From the NCBI GenBank assembly GCA_913048245.1, contig CAJWWR010000003.1, positions 376 through 64,375 of the forward strand: a DNA stretch of 64,000 nucleotides. The letters run 5' to 3'. The notes under the pieces were generated by a model. That model was not told the origin of the DNA. It did no database searches and saw only the letters and a list, made by a program, of their open reading frames with translations. This stretch comes from an uncultured Prochlorococcus sp. GTDB taxonomy: Bacteria > Cyanobacteriota > Cyanobacteriia > PCC-6307 > Cyanobiaceae. The number at the start of each line of letters is the position of its first letter. The first letter of the stretch is position 1. The position numbers were made by a program, and so were the translations under genes. Below, piece by piece: positions 10,396 through 22,092 of the stretch.

Positions 10396-11037
10396 CTAAT
10401 TTGTTGGAGATAAGGGATAAATAGGAAGTACGTCTTCCCACTTGTTATGGATTGATTTATCTAGATTGTTTAATGACAAATTAAGCAATTCAATCAAGTC
10501 ATCTTTAATATTATTGTCAACTTCGAAACAAGGATTATCATGTGGCAGTTTTTTATATAAATTTGGTTTGATCATTTCTTCTGCAATAATTTCGCCCTTT
10601 TTCTCGCAAAGAATTTTATATAACCCGCATAAATATCCCCTATGCTTAAGTTTCTTCGTGATCCAAAATGAATTATTATTTTTTTCTAAAAGATTATTTT
10701 TGATTCCAATTCGTTTTGCCATTAATTTAAAAGAGCTACAAGAATCTAAGGAGCAATTAATTTGTTGAGATATTGTTCTTGCTAATACCACTATTAGTCT
10801 TGAAGCATTAAAATTGGCAGGTCCTAAACTCACCGAAATTCTATCAATTGAGCGGAAAGATTCATTAGGTAAGAATTCTTTTAGATCGTAGATCAAATTA
10901 TTGGTTAAATTTTTATCAAATTTTTTTGAAAATAATTCTACTTTTTCTTTTTCGTCACTAATAAATCTATAGGCAAAACCAAAAAAATCATTTGTGCTAT
11001 GTATGGCTAATATGAAGTTATTATTAATTAAGTTCAT
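10396..11037 (-). CDS. tsaB: tRNA t6A biosynthesis protein TsaB (divergent)
   Basis: ILAIHST N-terminus, VSLGPANFNASR (degenerate GPGSFTGxR), C-terminal LPIYP. Confidence 0.7.
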   Translation of the reverse strand: MNLINNNFILAIHSTNDFFGFAYRFISDEKEKVELFSKKFDKNLTNNLIYDLKEFLPNESFRSIDRISVSLGPANFNASRLIVVLARTISQQINCSLDSCSSFKLMAKRIGIKNNLLEKNNNSFWITKKLKHRGYLCGLYKILCEKKGEIIAEEMIKPNLYKKLPHDNPCFEVDNNIKDDLIELLNLSLNNLDKSIHNKWEDVLPIYPLSPTN

Positions 11038-11042
11038 TTACC

Positions 11043-11294
11043 TCAAGCAGGCAATTTGATCCCTGGCCTCATACTTGACCATTTTCCAAGTTCTTCTTGA
11101 AAGCTATCGCAGGATCGCACATCCCATTCAATGGAATGATCTCCATTGTGATCTTCAATTAGACTTACATGTATGCGGGGATTTTTTGCTTCAATATCAG
11201 GTAAATCAGAAATATGCTCTACTCCATGATTTGTTTCTACATTGTGATATGTAATACATCTATCAACATATTTACAGTTAATGCAAATGCACAT
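11043..11294 (-). CDS. ycf34: Ycf34 family small Cys-rich protein
   Basis: MCICINCKYVDRCITYH...IEWDVRSC. Confidence 0.9.
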   Translation of the reverse strand: MCICINCKYVDRCITYHNVETNHGVEHISDLPDIEAKNPRIHVSLIEDHNGDHSIEWDVRSCDSFQEELGKWSSMRPGIKLPA

Positions 11295-11309
11295 GATCAA
11301 TAAATAACA

Positions 11310-12530
11310 ATGTATAAAAGAAATCTTTTAAATAATAATAACTCAATTTCAAAAGAAATTGAGAAAAGATTAAAAAATAGTTTATGGGATTCCTTATCAA
11401 CCGCATTACCTAAGGATACTTTAATTGTCGGCGGTTTTGTAAGAGATGTGATATTGAATAAACTACCAAAGAAGCCAGATATTGATTTGGTTGTAAAAAT
11501 TAACCCTGTCAATATTGCAAATAAAGTTGCCGAAGAATTTAAGGGTAAATTGATTATTCTCGATAAAAAAAGAAATATTGTGAGAATTATTTTTGAAGAA
11601 TTCATATTGGATATAGCTCAGCAGGTTGGAGAAACTTTGATAGATGATCTTACTTCTAGAGACTTTACAATAAACTCCATTGCTTTTTCATTAGATTCAG
11701 GTCAAATCATTGATCCAACCAAAGGCATTCCTGATTTAAGAGAAGGGTTAATCAGAACTTGTAATTTTCAGAATTTATTAAGTGATCCTCTAAGAATGTT
11801 AAGGTGTTTCAGATTTATTTCCGAACTGAATTTTGAAGTAGATAAATCATTGTTTAGATACATAAAAATTAATAAGCATAAATTAATATCAGTATCAGGC
11901 GAAAGAATTCAATATGAGTTAAAGAGAATTTTTAAAGGTCAAAATTCTTTCTCAACAGTTCAACTAATTAATGAAATGGAAATTTTCGATTGGATTCAGT
12001 CTTATAGGAATTTTTCTCTAGATTCTTTTAAATCCAAGAGTTTTATAAACACGAAAATTGATTCAAGTGAAAAATATCTAGTTCTTTTTTATTTGATTGA
12101 AACATTAGATCTGCCAACCGTAAAGAAATTTAAATTTAGTAAGTCAGATATTCAAAATGCAATAGTTTTGACAAAGTGGAGGAATAGATTAAATTTTCAA
12201 TCTATTGATAGTTTGAATGAAATAGAAAGATATGATCTTCATAAAGATTTGGAGCATATTTTGCCTTCCTTAATATTCTATTTACCCCAAAGACTACAAT
12301 CTGAATGGATATCTAGATGGCAAAATAAAAATGATAGATTATTTCATCCAAAAAATATCGTTAACGGTGAGTTGTTGAAAAAATACATTAACATCCAAGA
12401 TGGACCGTTGTTGGGCAAGCTCTTGAAACATTTGTCAATCGAGTTTGCTTATGAAAGATTAAATACTTTTGATGAAGCAATATATAACGCTAAGCAATGG
12501 TTTGAACAAAATGCACCAAAATGTGATTAA
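11310..12530 (+). CDS. Class II tRNA nucleotidyltransferase (probably CC-adding type)
   Basis: VGGFVRD, DIDL, DLTSRDFTINS, DPLRMLR, SGERI motifs. Confidence 0.88.
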   Translation: MYKRNLLNNNNSISKEIEKRLKNSLWDSLSTALPKDTLIVGGFVRDVILNKLPKKPDIDLVVKINPVNIANKVAEEFKGKLIILDKKRNIVRIIFEEFILDIAQQVGETLIDDLTSRDFTINSIAFSLDSGQIIDPTKGIPDLREGLIRTCNFQNLLSDPLRMLRCFRFISELNFEVDKSLFRYIKINKHKLISVSGERIQYELKRIFKGQNSFSTVQLINEMEIFDWIQSYRNFSLDSFKSKSFINTKIDSSEKYLVLFYLIETLDLPTVKKFKFSKSDIQNAIVLTKWRNRLNFQSIDSLNEIERYDLHKDLEHILPSLIFYLPQRLQSEWISRWQNKNDRLFHPKNIVNGELLKKYINIQDGPLLGKLLKHLSIEFAYERLNTFDEAIYNAKQWFEQNAPKCD

Positions 12531-12593
12531 ATACACATAGTGTTTTTTGATTTATCAATTTAGATCCTACTAAACTTAACTATTGAAAACTTT

Positions 12594-13010
12594 ATGACCA
12601 TTCGTATTTACATAGGCAATTTACCTCAAAATTTTAATTCTAAAGAGTTTGATACGCTTTTAAAATCTGTATCAGAAGGAGTCAGATTTAAGCCAGTTCT
12701 TGATAAAGAGACGAAAGAATGCAGGGGTTTTGGTTTTGCTACTACTGGTAATGAAAAGAATGCAAATTTGTTGATTGAAAAATTAAATGGACTAGATTTT
12801 CAAGGCTCAAAGCTAAGAGTTGAGCTTTCTGAGAAGAAAGATTCATCTAATAAAAGAAATAATGCTGGGAACAAAAATAGTAATAAGAGAAAAAATATAA
12901 AGAAAGTTGTTCATAGTGATGCTCCAAATCTTGAATCTCCCGATCCAAGGTGGGCTGGAGAATTATCAAAACTTAAAGATTTGCTTGCTAATCAGAAGAC
13001 ACCAGCATAG
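12594..13010 (+). CDS. RRM RNA-binding protein (Rbp3-like class)
   Basis: IYIGNL (RNP2), RGFGF (RNP1), C-terminal PDPRWA. Confidence 0.9.
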   Translation: MTIRIYIGNLPQNFNSKEFDTLLKSVSEGVRFKPVLDKETKECRGFGFATTGNEKNANLLIEKLNGLDFQGSKLRVELSEKKDSSNKRNNAGNKNSNKRKNIKKVVHSDAPNLESPDPRWAGELSKLKDLLANQKTPA

Positions 13011-13011
13011 T

Positions 13012-13920
13012 CTATTTTACTCGCGATATTAGAAATGAAATCGGTAATTCAATTGCCTTAATTGAGTTCTTTACGTATGCCCTGTTGTTAAATACATCAT
13101 AATCTAGCTGTTCTATTGCATCCAATATCCCCCTGTAAAGGCGTAATGATGTCCATACAGGCCATCTTGCGTCTTCTGAGAGCCATTTAATCCCATCCTC
13201 GGAGAGCTGGAACCAAGTTCTAGCTCTGTTTAGCTGGAACGCCATAAGTCTTTTCCATTGTGTGTTAATTTCACCTCTTAGTAATTCTTCTTCGGAATAT
13301 CCAAATTTTAGGATTTCATCTAAAGGTAAATATATCCTTCCTCTTTGTCTATCTTCGCCTACATCTCGAAGTATATTTGTTAATTGATTAGCAATACCTA
13401 AGGCTACAGCAGCTTCTGAAGTATCTGGTTTTTCACTCCAGGGAGCGGAAGTATATGCGGTATCCAAACCCATAACATTTTGAGTCATTAACCCTACCGT
13501 GCCTGCAACTCGATAACAGTAAAGTTTAAGTTCTTCAAATGTTTTGTATCTAAATTTATTTAGATCCATTCTTTGACCTTCAATCATATCTAAATAGGGC
13601 GTAATGGATTGAGGGAAATTCTCTATAGTATCAGCTAGGACTGCATCTAAATCAGTTTTTATTTGACCTCCAAAAACATTTCTAGTATTTTCCTCCCATT
13701 TGTCAAGATTATCGGAAAGTTCAACTTGTGATTTATTAAGTGCTTCTTCACTGTCCATTAATTCATCTGTTCTTCTACACCATACATAAATTGCCCATAT
13801 TGCTCTTCTTTTTTGGTAAGGCAATAGAAGGGTGCCTAGATAAAATGTTTTTGCCCATTTTTGGGTCTCCTTGCGGCACATTTCATATGCATTATTAAGG
13901 TGAGAAATTGAATTTTTCAA
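13012..13920 (-). CDS. crtB: Phytoene synthase
   Basis: AKTFYLG, CRRTDELMD, YCYRVAGTVG, NQLTNILRDVGED. Confidence 0.97.
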   Translation of the reverse strand: MKNSISHLNNAYEMCRKETQKWAKTFYLGTLLLPYQKRRAIWAIYVWCRRTDELMDSEEALNKSQVELSDNLDKWEENTRNVFGGQIKTDLDAVLADTIENFPQSITPYLDMIEGQRMDLNKFRYKTFEELKLYCYRVAGTVGLMTQNVMGLDTAYTSAPWSEKPDTSEAAVALGIANQLTNILRDVGEDRQRGRIYLPLDEILKFGYSEEELLRGEINTQWKRLMAFQLNRARTWFQLSEDGIKWLSEDARWPVWTSLRLYRGILDAIEQLDYDVFNNRAYVKNSIKAIELPISFLISRVK

Positions 13921-13970
13921 AGATTTATAATTTGATGAATGTTTTGTATATCATTCTAAGATTTTTATTT

Positions 13971-15392
<1,422 letters not shown>

Positions 15393-15459
15393 TTACACTT
15401 ACAATGAAGCTATCCTAAAGTTAAAACATTATACTTTCTTTTGTTGGATATTTTCAATT

Positions 15460-15807
15460 ATGGAAAAAATGCTTCTCAAATCTACAACTAGACATGTAAG
15501 GATATTTACAGCTGATGTTATTGAAGATGAATTAATTTTTGCACCTAATTCACTTACTATTGATTTGGATCCAGATAACGAATTTCTTTGGAATGCAGAG
15601 GCAGAAGGAAAAATTTATGAGCTTTTTACTCAACTAGTTTCTGAAAGAGATGGAAAAGATCTTGATGATTATGAGTTAAGAAAAATAGGATCAGAAATTG
15701 AAGGAATGATAAAACAATTGCTTCAGAAGGGTATTTTAAGCTATAACCCAGATTGTAGGGTAATGAATTACTCAATGGGTTTACCAAAGACTACAGAGAA
15801 GCTTTGA
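15460..15807 (+). CDS. ndhM: NDH-1 subunit M
   Basis: [31 protein letters not shown]. Confidence 0.93.
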   Translation: MEKMLLKSTTRHVRIFTADVIEDELIFAPNSLTIDLDPDNEFLWNAEAEGKIYELFTQLVSERDGKDLDDYELRKIGSEIEGMIKQLLQKGILSYNPDCRVMNYSMGLPKTTEKL

Positions 15808-16427
15808 CAAGATTTTCTGATAACAGATCTGGAAGAAGATCCAGAAGAGGATATTCTCCATCCAGTAATGGTCGCGGCTCTAATTATGGAAATAATAACT
15901 TCAGACTTAATCCTTCTCAATCTAAAGAACCAATTAAATTTAATACTGGAACAATTGCGGTACTTTCTGGAGTTCTAATTTTAGGTATTGGAATTGGAAC
16001 TGGCATAAGTAGCACAACAGATGGTGGGAACGGTAATATTGCTAGTCAGCAGCAACTCGATCTTGCAGTTCCAGACCCTGAATTTTGTAAACTCTGGGGA
16101 GCAAGTGCTTTTGTAATTGATGTTGAGATGTATGTTACTTTAAACCCTTCTACTAGCTTTGTGACTCAACCAGCCTTGCAACCAGGATGTGTCATTAAGC
16201 GTGAGAATTGGACAGTGTTACAAAAAGAAGGGGCTATAAGTTCTGAAGATATAAGAGAATGTAAGCAAAGAATGAATACTTTTGCATACATTGGATCGAT
16301 AAGTGGTAAGCCAATAGTTAAATGTGTATATCAAACTGATGTTAAAGAAAATCAGTTTATATTTAACGGAGAGGGAGATGCTGAAGATGGCGGATTTGGA
16401 CTTAATAGGGAACTTTACCAGTTTTAA
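15804..16427 (+). CDS. Conserved cyanobacterial membrane protein (DUF3172-like)
   Basis: R/S/G-rich N-terminus, one TM helix, [22 protein letters not shown]; overlaps the ndhM stop. Confidence 0.8.
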   Translation: MTRFSDNRSGRRSRRGYSPSSNGRGSNYGNNNFRLNPSQSKEPIKFNTGTIAVLSGVLILGIGIGTGISSTTDGGNGNIASQQQLDLAVPDPEFCKLWGASAFVIDVEMYVTLNPSTSFVTQPALQPGCVIKRENWTVLQKEGAISSEDIRECKQRMNTFAYIGSISGKPIVKCVYQTDVKENQFIFNGEGDAEDGGFGLNRELYQF

Positions 16428-17376
16428 ATTCCTCAGATAGTCTAAGAGGACTTTCTTTGCTTGCAAATTTTGGTAATATATCGCTTTTGAAAGCTTCAGA
16501 AGCTTTAGATATGTATCTTGAGGGATTTGTGATTAATTTTATTTCTCTCTTAACACTAAGGTCACTCATATTTGGTTTATGAAGAGTTCCCGAAGATAAT
16601 TCTCTTTCTATTGAGACCACTGGAAGAAAAGCAGCCCCTAATCCAGATTGGACAGCATTTTTAATTGCTTCAAGAGAATTAAGTTCCATCTCAATTTTTA
16701 ATCTTTGCATATCAAGTCCTGAATCTTTAAGTAATTTATCAACAACTTTTCTTGTAGTTGATTGAGAATCAAGAGTAACAAAATTTAGTTTGTATAAATC
16801 TTCTTTGGTTAATTCTTTTTCCCTGGAGAGTTTATGTTTAGGAGGTATTACTAGTGCAAGTTCATCATTAGAATATGGAATCACATTTAATAAGTTTTCT
16901 AAATCTGCAGGTAGCTGTCCACCAATAATAGCTAAGTCAATTTGACCATTTGCAACACTCCATCCTGTCCGGCGAGTACTGTGTACTTGAAGTTGAACTG
17001 AAACCTCTGGATATTTTTGTCTGAAAAGACCAATCATTCTTGGCATTAGATAAGTTCCAGTAGTTTGGCTGGCTCCTATAATGAGAGATCCTCCTTTAAG
17101 ACTATTTAGATCTTCGACAGCCTTACATGCTTCATCGCATTGATTCAATATTCGTTGACAATAATCCAACAATAGCTGACCGGCCTCAGTTAATAGGGCT
17201 TTTCTGCCACCGCGGTCAAAAATTGTTATTTCAAGTTGCTTCTCTAAGTTTTGTACTTGTAAACTTACCGCTGGCTGGGTCACATATAAAACATCAGCAG
17301 CTTTTTTAAAACTTCCTTCTTCGGCAATTGCTTTAAGAATTCTTAGCTGATCAAGAGTAAAGGGTAACTCAGGCAT
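16402..17376 (-). CDS. rbcR: LysR-family regulator RbcR/Ycf30
   Basis: [40 protein letters not shown]. Confidence 0.92.
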   Translation of the reverse strand: MPELPFTLDQLRILKAIAEEGSFKKAADVLYVTQPAVSLQVQNLEKQLEITIFDRGGRKALLTEAGQLLLDYCQRILNQCDEACKAVEDLNSLKGGSLIIGASQTTGTYLMPRMIGLFRQKYPEVSVQLQVHSTRRTGWSVANGQIDLAIIGGQLPADLENLLNVIPYSNDELALVIPPKHKLSREKELTKEDLYKLNFVTLDSQSTTRKVVDKLLKDSGLDMQRLKIEMELNSLEAIKNAVQSGLGAAFLPVVSIERELSSGTLHKPNMSDLSVKREIKLITNPSRYISKASEAFKSDILPKFASKESPLRLSEEFKTGKVPY

Positions 17377-17463
17377 AGATATGCCAATAAAATATTAATA
17401 ATTCTAATACCTTGGAGTATTATTGTTAATAATCAATTGTAAATAATTTTCAATAAATAATTT

Positions 17464-18213
17464 ATGGAATCACATGAAAGTTCATTTGTAGTGTCTTTTT
17501 TGATTGTAATTTTTGCAATTATTCATAGTGGTGGAGCTGCTTTAAGAAGTAGAGCAGAAGAAGTAATAGGTGCAAGAATGTGGAGAATTTTTTTTGTAAC
17601 TGCAAGCCTACCCAGTGCGATAATTCTAATCGGATACTTTTTATCTCATAGATATGACGGTATAAGATTATGGAATTTACAGGATAATCATTATGTTTTC
17701 ATAATGGTTTGGGTTTTAACAGCTATAAGCTTTTTATTTTTGTATCCTGCCACTTACAATTTGCTTGAAATCCCCTCAGTCCAAAAACCCCAGATTAGAA
17801 TTTATAGTACTGGAATCATGCGGATTACAAGGCATCCTCAAGCTTTCGGGCAAATAATCTGGTGTTTTGCACATACCTTGTGGATTGGTTCATCATTTAC
17901 TTTGGTTACTTCAATAGGGTTAATATTGCATCATGTTTTCGCAATTTGGCATGGAGATAAGAGATTGCAAAATAAATTTGGTGTTCAATTTGATGAATAT
18001 AGGAAAAATACATCAATTATTCCTTTTCTTGCGATATTCGACGGAAGACAAAAATTGCAATTAAACGAATTTCTTAAATTGTCTCAAGTAGGAATTTTGG
18101 TTGCTATTGGTGTTCTTTGGGGTGCGCATAGATATATAAATATTGCCGTAAACACCTTTAATTCCTCATTTTTGTCTGAATTTCTTGATTGGCAGTTTAA
18201 TATCAATATATAG
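17464..18213 (+). CDS. NnrU-family membrane protein, probable 15-cis-zeta-carotene isomerase (Z-ISO)
   Basis: HSGGAALR, HRYDG, FLYPATYNLLE, GIMRITRHPQ, WHGD. Confidence 0.85.
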   Translation: MESHESSFVVSFLIVIFAIIHSGGAALRSRAEEVIGARMWRIFFVTASLPSAIILIGYFLSHRYDGIRLWNLQDNHYVFIMVWVLTAISFLFLYPATYNLLEIPSVQKPQIRIYSTGIMRITRHPQAFGQIIWCFAHTLWIGSSFTLVTSIGLILHHVFAIWHGDKRLQNKFGVQFDEYRKNTSIIPFLAIFDGRQKLQLNEFLKLSQVGILVAIGVLWGAHRYINIAVNTFNSSFLSEFLDWQFNINI

Positions 18214-18225
18214 ATCTTTTTGAAA

Positions 18226-20235
18226 ATGCCACAAGCCTCAGAAATTGCGTGGTTGATACCCGTCTTTCCTCTTATCGGAGCAGTACTATCTGGTTTAGGA
18301 TTAATTAGCCTTAATAAAGAAATTAACAAACTTAGAGAAGTAGTTTCAATATCTCTAATTTCTTTTGTTGGTATTTCAGCTGTCTTAAGTTATAAAGCCC
18401 TTTATGAGCAAATCAGTGGATATTCTGCAGTAGAAAAACTTTTTGTTTGGGCAAGTGCAGGAGATTTTCAGATTCCAATGGGATTTATTCTTGATCCTTT
18501 GGGTAGTGTAATGCTTGCATTAGTAACCACTATTACTTTATTGGTGATGATTTATTCTCATGGATATATGGCTCATGACAAGGGATATGTAAGGTTTTTT
18601 ACTTATCTTGCCCTTTTTAGTAGCTCTATGTTGGGATTAATTATCAGTCCCAATTTACTTGAAATTTATGTTTTTTGGGAATTAGTTGGTATGTGCTCTT
18701 ATCTATTAGTTGGCTTTTGGTACGATAGAGATGGTGCAGCTCACGCCGCCCAAAAAGCTTTTGTAGTTAATAGGGTAGGCGACTTTGGTCTTTTATTAGG
18801 AATACTTGGATTGTTTTGGGCTACTAAGAGTTTTGATTTTAATGAAATAGCTTCTGAGATATCTCATTCTATTGCTTCAAATAATTTGCCCCCTTGGGCA
18901 GGTCTTTTACTATGTTTTTTAGTTTTTTTGGGACCAATGGCAAAATCTGCTCAGTTCCCTCTTCATGTATGGCTTCCTGATGCAATGGAGGGGCCCACTC
19001 CAATATCTGCATTAATCCATGCCGCAACTATGGTCGCTGCAGGAGTCTTTTTAGTTGCACGACTAGAACCCCTCTACTCTATATTTCCAAATATTCAGCT
19101 AATAATTGCTCTTGTAGGAACAATCACATGCTTTTTAGGTGCATCAATAGCTTTGACTCAAATGGATTTGAAAAAAGGTTTAGCCTACAGTACTGTTTCA
19201 CAATTGGGTTACATGATGTTAGCTATGGGTTGTGGAGCTCCTTTAGCAGGCATATTTCATCTCATAACCCATGCTTGTTTTAAGGCAATGCTTTTTTTGG
19301 GTTCTGGTTCTGTAATTCACTCAATGGAAGAGGTAGTAGGTCATCAGCCTGTATTAGCTCAAGACATGAGGTTAATGGGGGGATTAAGAAAGAAAATGCC
19401 CATAACCTCTACTACTTTCTTGATTGGTTGTATTGCTATTAGTGGTATCCCGCCATTGGCTGGTTTTTGGAGTAAAGATGAAATACTGGCTAATGCATTT
19501 ATATCATTCCCAATTTTTTGGTTTATTGGTTTTATTACTGCAGGCATGACAGCTTTTTATATGTTTAGGCTTTATTTTTTAACTTTTGAAGGCAACTTTA
19601 GAGGGAACGATAAAGATTTACAAAATCAACTTTTATCTGATGCGAATATAGTTCTAGAAGAAGAAAATAATGAGCTTGATCATAATCATGGGGCGATTCA
19701 CGAGTCACCATGGTCTATGACTTTCCCTTTAATCTTTTTAGCAGTACCTTCAATCTTTATAGGTTTTCTAGGTGTTCCTTGGGATAGTAAATTTGTTGGC
19801 TTATTGAATCCTAGTGAAGCATTATTGATGGCCCAATCATTTGAATTAAATGAATTTTTGCCTTTAGCTATTTGTTCTGTTCTAGTTTCCTCAGCAGGCA
19901 TAAGTGTCGCATTCTTTGCTTATTATTTGAATAAGATAGACTTAAATCAGTTATTTGCTTCTAAATTCCCCTCTCTGAATAAGTTTTTAGTCAATAAATG
20001 GTATTTGGATATCATAAATGAAAAGATTTTTGTAAAAGGCAGTAGAAGACTAGCCAAGGAAGTTCTCGAAGTAGATTCAAAAGTAGTAGATGGTGTTGTT
20101 AATCTCACAGGACTAGTGACTCTTGGCAGTGGGGAAGGCTTGAAATACTTTGAAACAGGAAGAGCGCAGTTTTATGCATTGATTGTTTTTGGAGGTGTTT
20201 TACTACTTGTTGCAATATTTGGTTTACAATCTTAG
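18226..20235 (+). CDS. ndhF: NDH-1 subunit 5 (NdhF1)
   Basis: KSAQFPLHVWLPDAMEGPTPISALIHAATMV, YSTVSQLG, GFWSKDEI. Confidence 0.97.
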   Translation: MPQASEIAWLIPVFPLIGAVLSGLGLISLNKEINKLREVVSISLISFVGISAVLSYKALYEQISGYSAVEKLFVWASAGDFQIPMGFILDPLGSVMLALVTTITLLVMIYSHGYMAHDKGYVRFFTYLALFSSSMLGLIISPNLLEIYVFWELVGMCSYLLVGFWYDRDGAAHAAQKAFVVNRVGDFGLLLGILGLFWATKSFDFNEIASEISHSIASNNLPPWAGLLLCFLVFLGPMAKSAQFPLHVWLPDAMEGPTPISALIHAATMVAAGVFLVARLEPLYSIFPNIQLIIALVGTITCFLGASIALTQMDLKKGLAYSTVSQLGYMMLAMGCGAPLAGIFHLITHACFKAMLFLGSGSVIHSMEEVVGHQPVLAQDMRLMGGLRKKMPITSTTFLIGCIAISGIPPLAGFWSKDEILANAFISFPIFWFIGFITAGMTAFYMFRLYFLTFEGNFRGNDKDLQNQLLSDANIVLEEENNELDHNHGAIHESPWSMTFPLIFLAVPSIFIGFLGVPWDSKFVGLLNPSEALLMAQSFELNEFLPLAICSVLVSSAGISVAFFAYYLNKIDLNQLFASKFPSLNKFLVNKWYLDIINEKIFVKGSRRLAKEVLEVDSKVVDGVVNLTGLVTLGSGEGLKYFETGRAQFYALIVFGGVLLLVAIFGLQS

Positions 20236-20328
20236 CCATTAAATTACTATCAAATGTGTTTCTTCACTGCCATTAGGATGTAAAAATTGAGATAAATTCT
20301 AAACTTGATTTAAATATTTTTAATTCCC

Positions 20329-21969
20329 TTGATCAACTATTGCTTGTCACATGTTCTTGACTTTAAAACGATCGGAACAGTTGGTGTTAGTTTGTCTAAT
20401 TTCCCTTGGTTATCTGTATCAATTCTTTTCCCAATAATTTCCGCATTTGTGATTCCATTTTTCCCAGATAAAGGGGAGGGGAAAGAGGTTAGATGGTTTG
20501 CATTAATTGTCTCTTTAATTACTTTCTTGATAACTGTTGGGGCTTATATAAATGGGTTTAATGTTAACGATGATGGTGTTCAGCTTAAAGAGAGCGTTAA
20601 TTGGTTGCCTAGCATTGGATTGACGTGGGCTGTAGGGGCTGATGGCATATCAATGCCTCTAATTCTTTTAACAAGCTTTATAACCTCTCTAGCTGTCTTA
20701 GCGGCATGGCCTGTAAGTTTTAAGCCTAAATTATTTTTCTTCTTAATACTTGCTATGGATGGAGGTCAAATTGCCGTTTTCGCAGTACAGGATATGTTGT
20801 TATTTTTCTTGGCATGGGAACTTGAATTATTACCTGTCTATTTACTTTTGGCGATATGGGGAGGAAAGAAAAGGCAATATGCTGCCACAAAATTCATAAT
20901 TTATACAGCTGGTAGTTCAATATTTATTCTTCTCGCTGCTTTAGCTATGGGTTTTTATGGTGGTAATATTCCTAATTTTGAATTTACCCATTTAGCTCAA
21001 ACAGAGTTTAGTCAAGGCTTTCAGATTTTATGTTATGCAGGACTCTTAATTGCTTTTGGAGTAAAACTCCCAATAGTACCCTTGCATACATGGTTGCCTG
21101 ATGCGCATGGAGAAGCCACTGCTCCTGTTCATATGCTGTTGGCAGGAATATTACTAAAGATGGGGGGATATGCTCTATTAAGATTTAATGCGCAATTATT
21201 GCCTTTGGCTCATGCTCAATTTGCTCCTCTTTTAGTCGTCTTAGGAGTAGTGAATATAATTTATGCGGCTCTTACATCATTTGCTCAGAGGAATTTAAAG
21301 AGAAAAATAGCATACAGCTCCATCAGTCATATGGGATTTGTTTTAATTGGAATTGGTAGTTTTAGCTCTTTAGGTACCAGCGGCGCAATGTTGCAGATGG
21401 TCAGTCATGGTTTAATAGGAGCCAGTCTATTTTTCCTTGTAGGAGCAACCTACGATAGAACAAAAACTCTCAAATTAGATGAGATGGGAGGTGTTGGTCA
21501 AAAAATGAGAATTATGTTTGCATTATGGACAGCATGTTCTCTCGCTTCACTTGCCCTCCCAGGCATGAGTGGTTTTGTCTCAGAGTTGATGGTATTTACA
21601 GGTTTCGTCACTGATGAAGTTTATACTTTACCTTTTAGAGTAATTATGGCTTCATTAGCAGCAATAGGAGTTGTTCTTACTCCAATTTATTTATTATCAA
21701 TGCTTCGCGAGATTTTCTTTGGTAAAGAAAATCTGAAATTGATTGAAGAAAGGAATTTGATAGATGCTGAGCCAAGAGAAATTTATATAATTGGATGCTT
21801 GCTTTTACCCATACTAGGTATTGGTTTATATCCAAGGTTAGTTACTGATAGTTATTTGCCATCTATTAATAGCCTCGTGGATAGGGATTTGAATGCAGTC
21901 AGAAGTTCGACTAAATACATAAATTTTGCAAACAATGATAGTGTTCCATTTAAAGCTCCTTCAATTTAA
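20329..21969 (+). CDS. ndhD: NDH-1 subunit 4 (NdhD1); start codon uncertain
   Basis: [39 protein letters not shown]. Confidence 0.95.
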   Translation: MINYCLSHVLDFKTIGTVGVSLSNFPWLSVSILFPIISAFVIPFFPDKGEGKEVRWFALIVSLITFLITVGAYINGFNVNDDGVQLKESVNWLPSIGLTWAVGADGISMPLILLTSFITSLAVLAAWPVSFKPKLFFFLILAMDGGQIAVFAVQDMLLFFLAWELELLPVYLLLAIWGGKKRQYAATKFIIYTAGSSIFILLAALAMGFYGGNIPNFEFTHLAQTEFSQGFQILCYAGLLIAFGVKLPIVPLHTWLPDAHGEATAPVHMLLAGILLKMGGYALLRFNAQLLPLAHAQFAPLLVVLGVVNIIYAALTSFAQRNLKRKIAYSSISHMGFVLIGIGSFSSLGTSGAMLQMVSHGLIGASLFFLVGATYDRTKTLKLDEMGGVGQKMRIMFALWTACSLASLALPGMSGFVSELMVFTGFVTDEVYTLPFRVIMASLAAIGVVLTPIYLLSMLREIFFGKENLKLIEERNLIDAEPREIYIIGCLLLPILGIGLYPRLVTDSYLPSINSLVDRDLNAVRSSTKYINFANNDSVPFKAPSI

Positions 21970-22092
21970 TTCTTAAAATTGATTAAATTCATTGGCTTAA
22001 TCATTAATTAAAAGATAAATTTTACATAGATTTGGATTTTCAACATACCAAGCTCAACATCTATTGATGGGTCTAAATTAGGGCCTAGGTTA

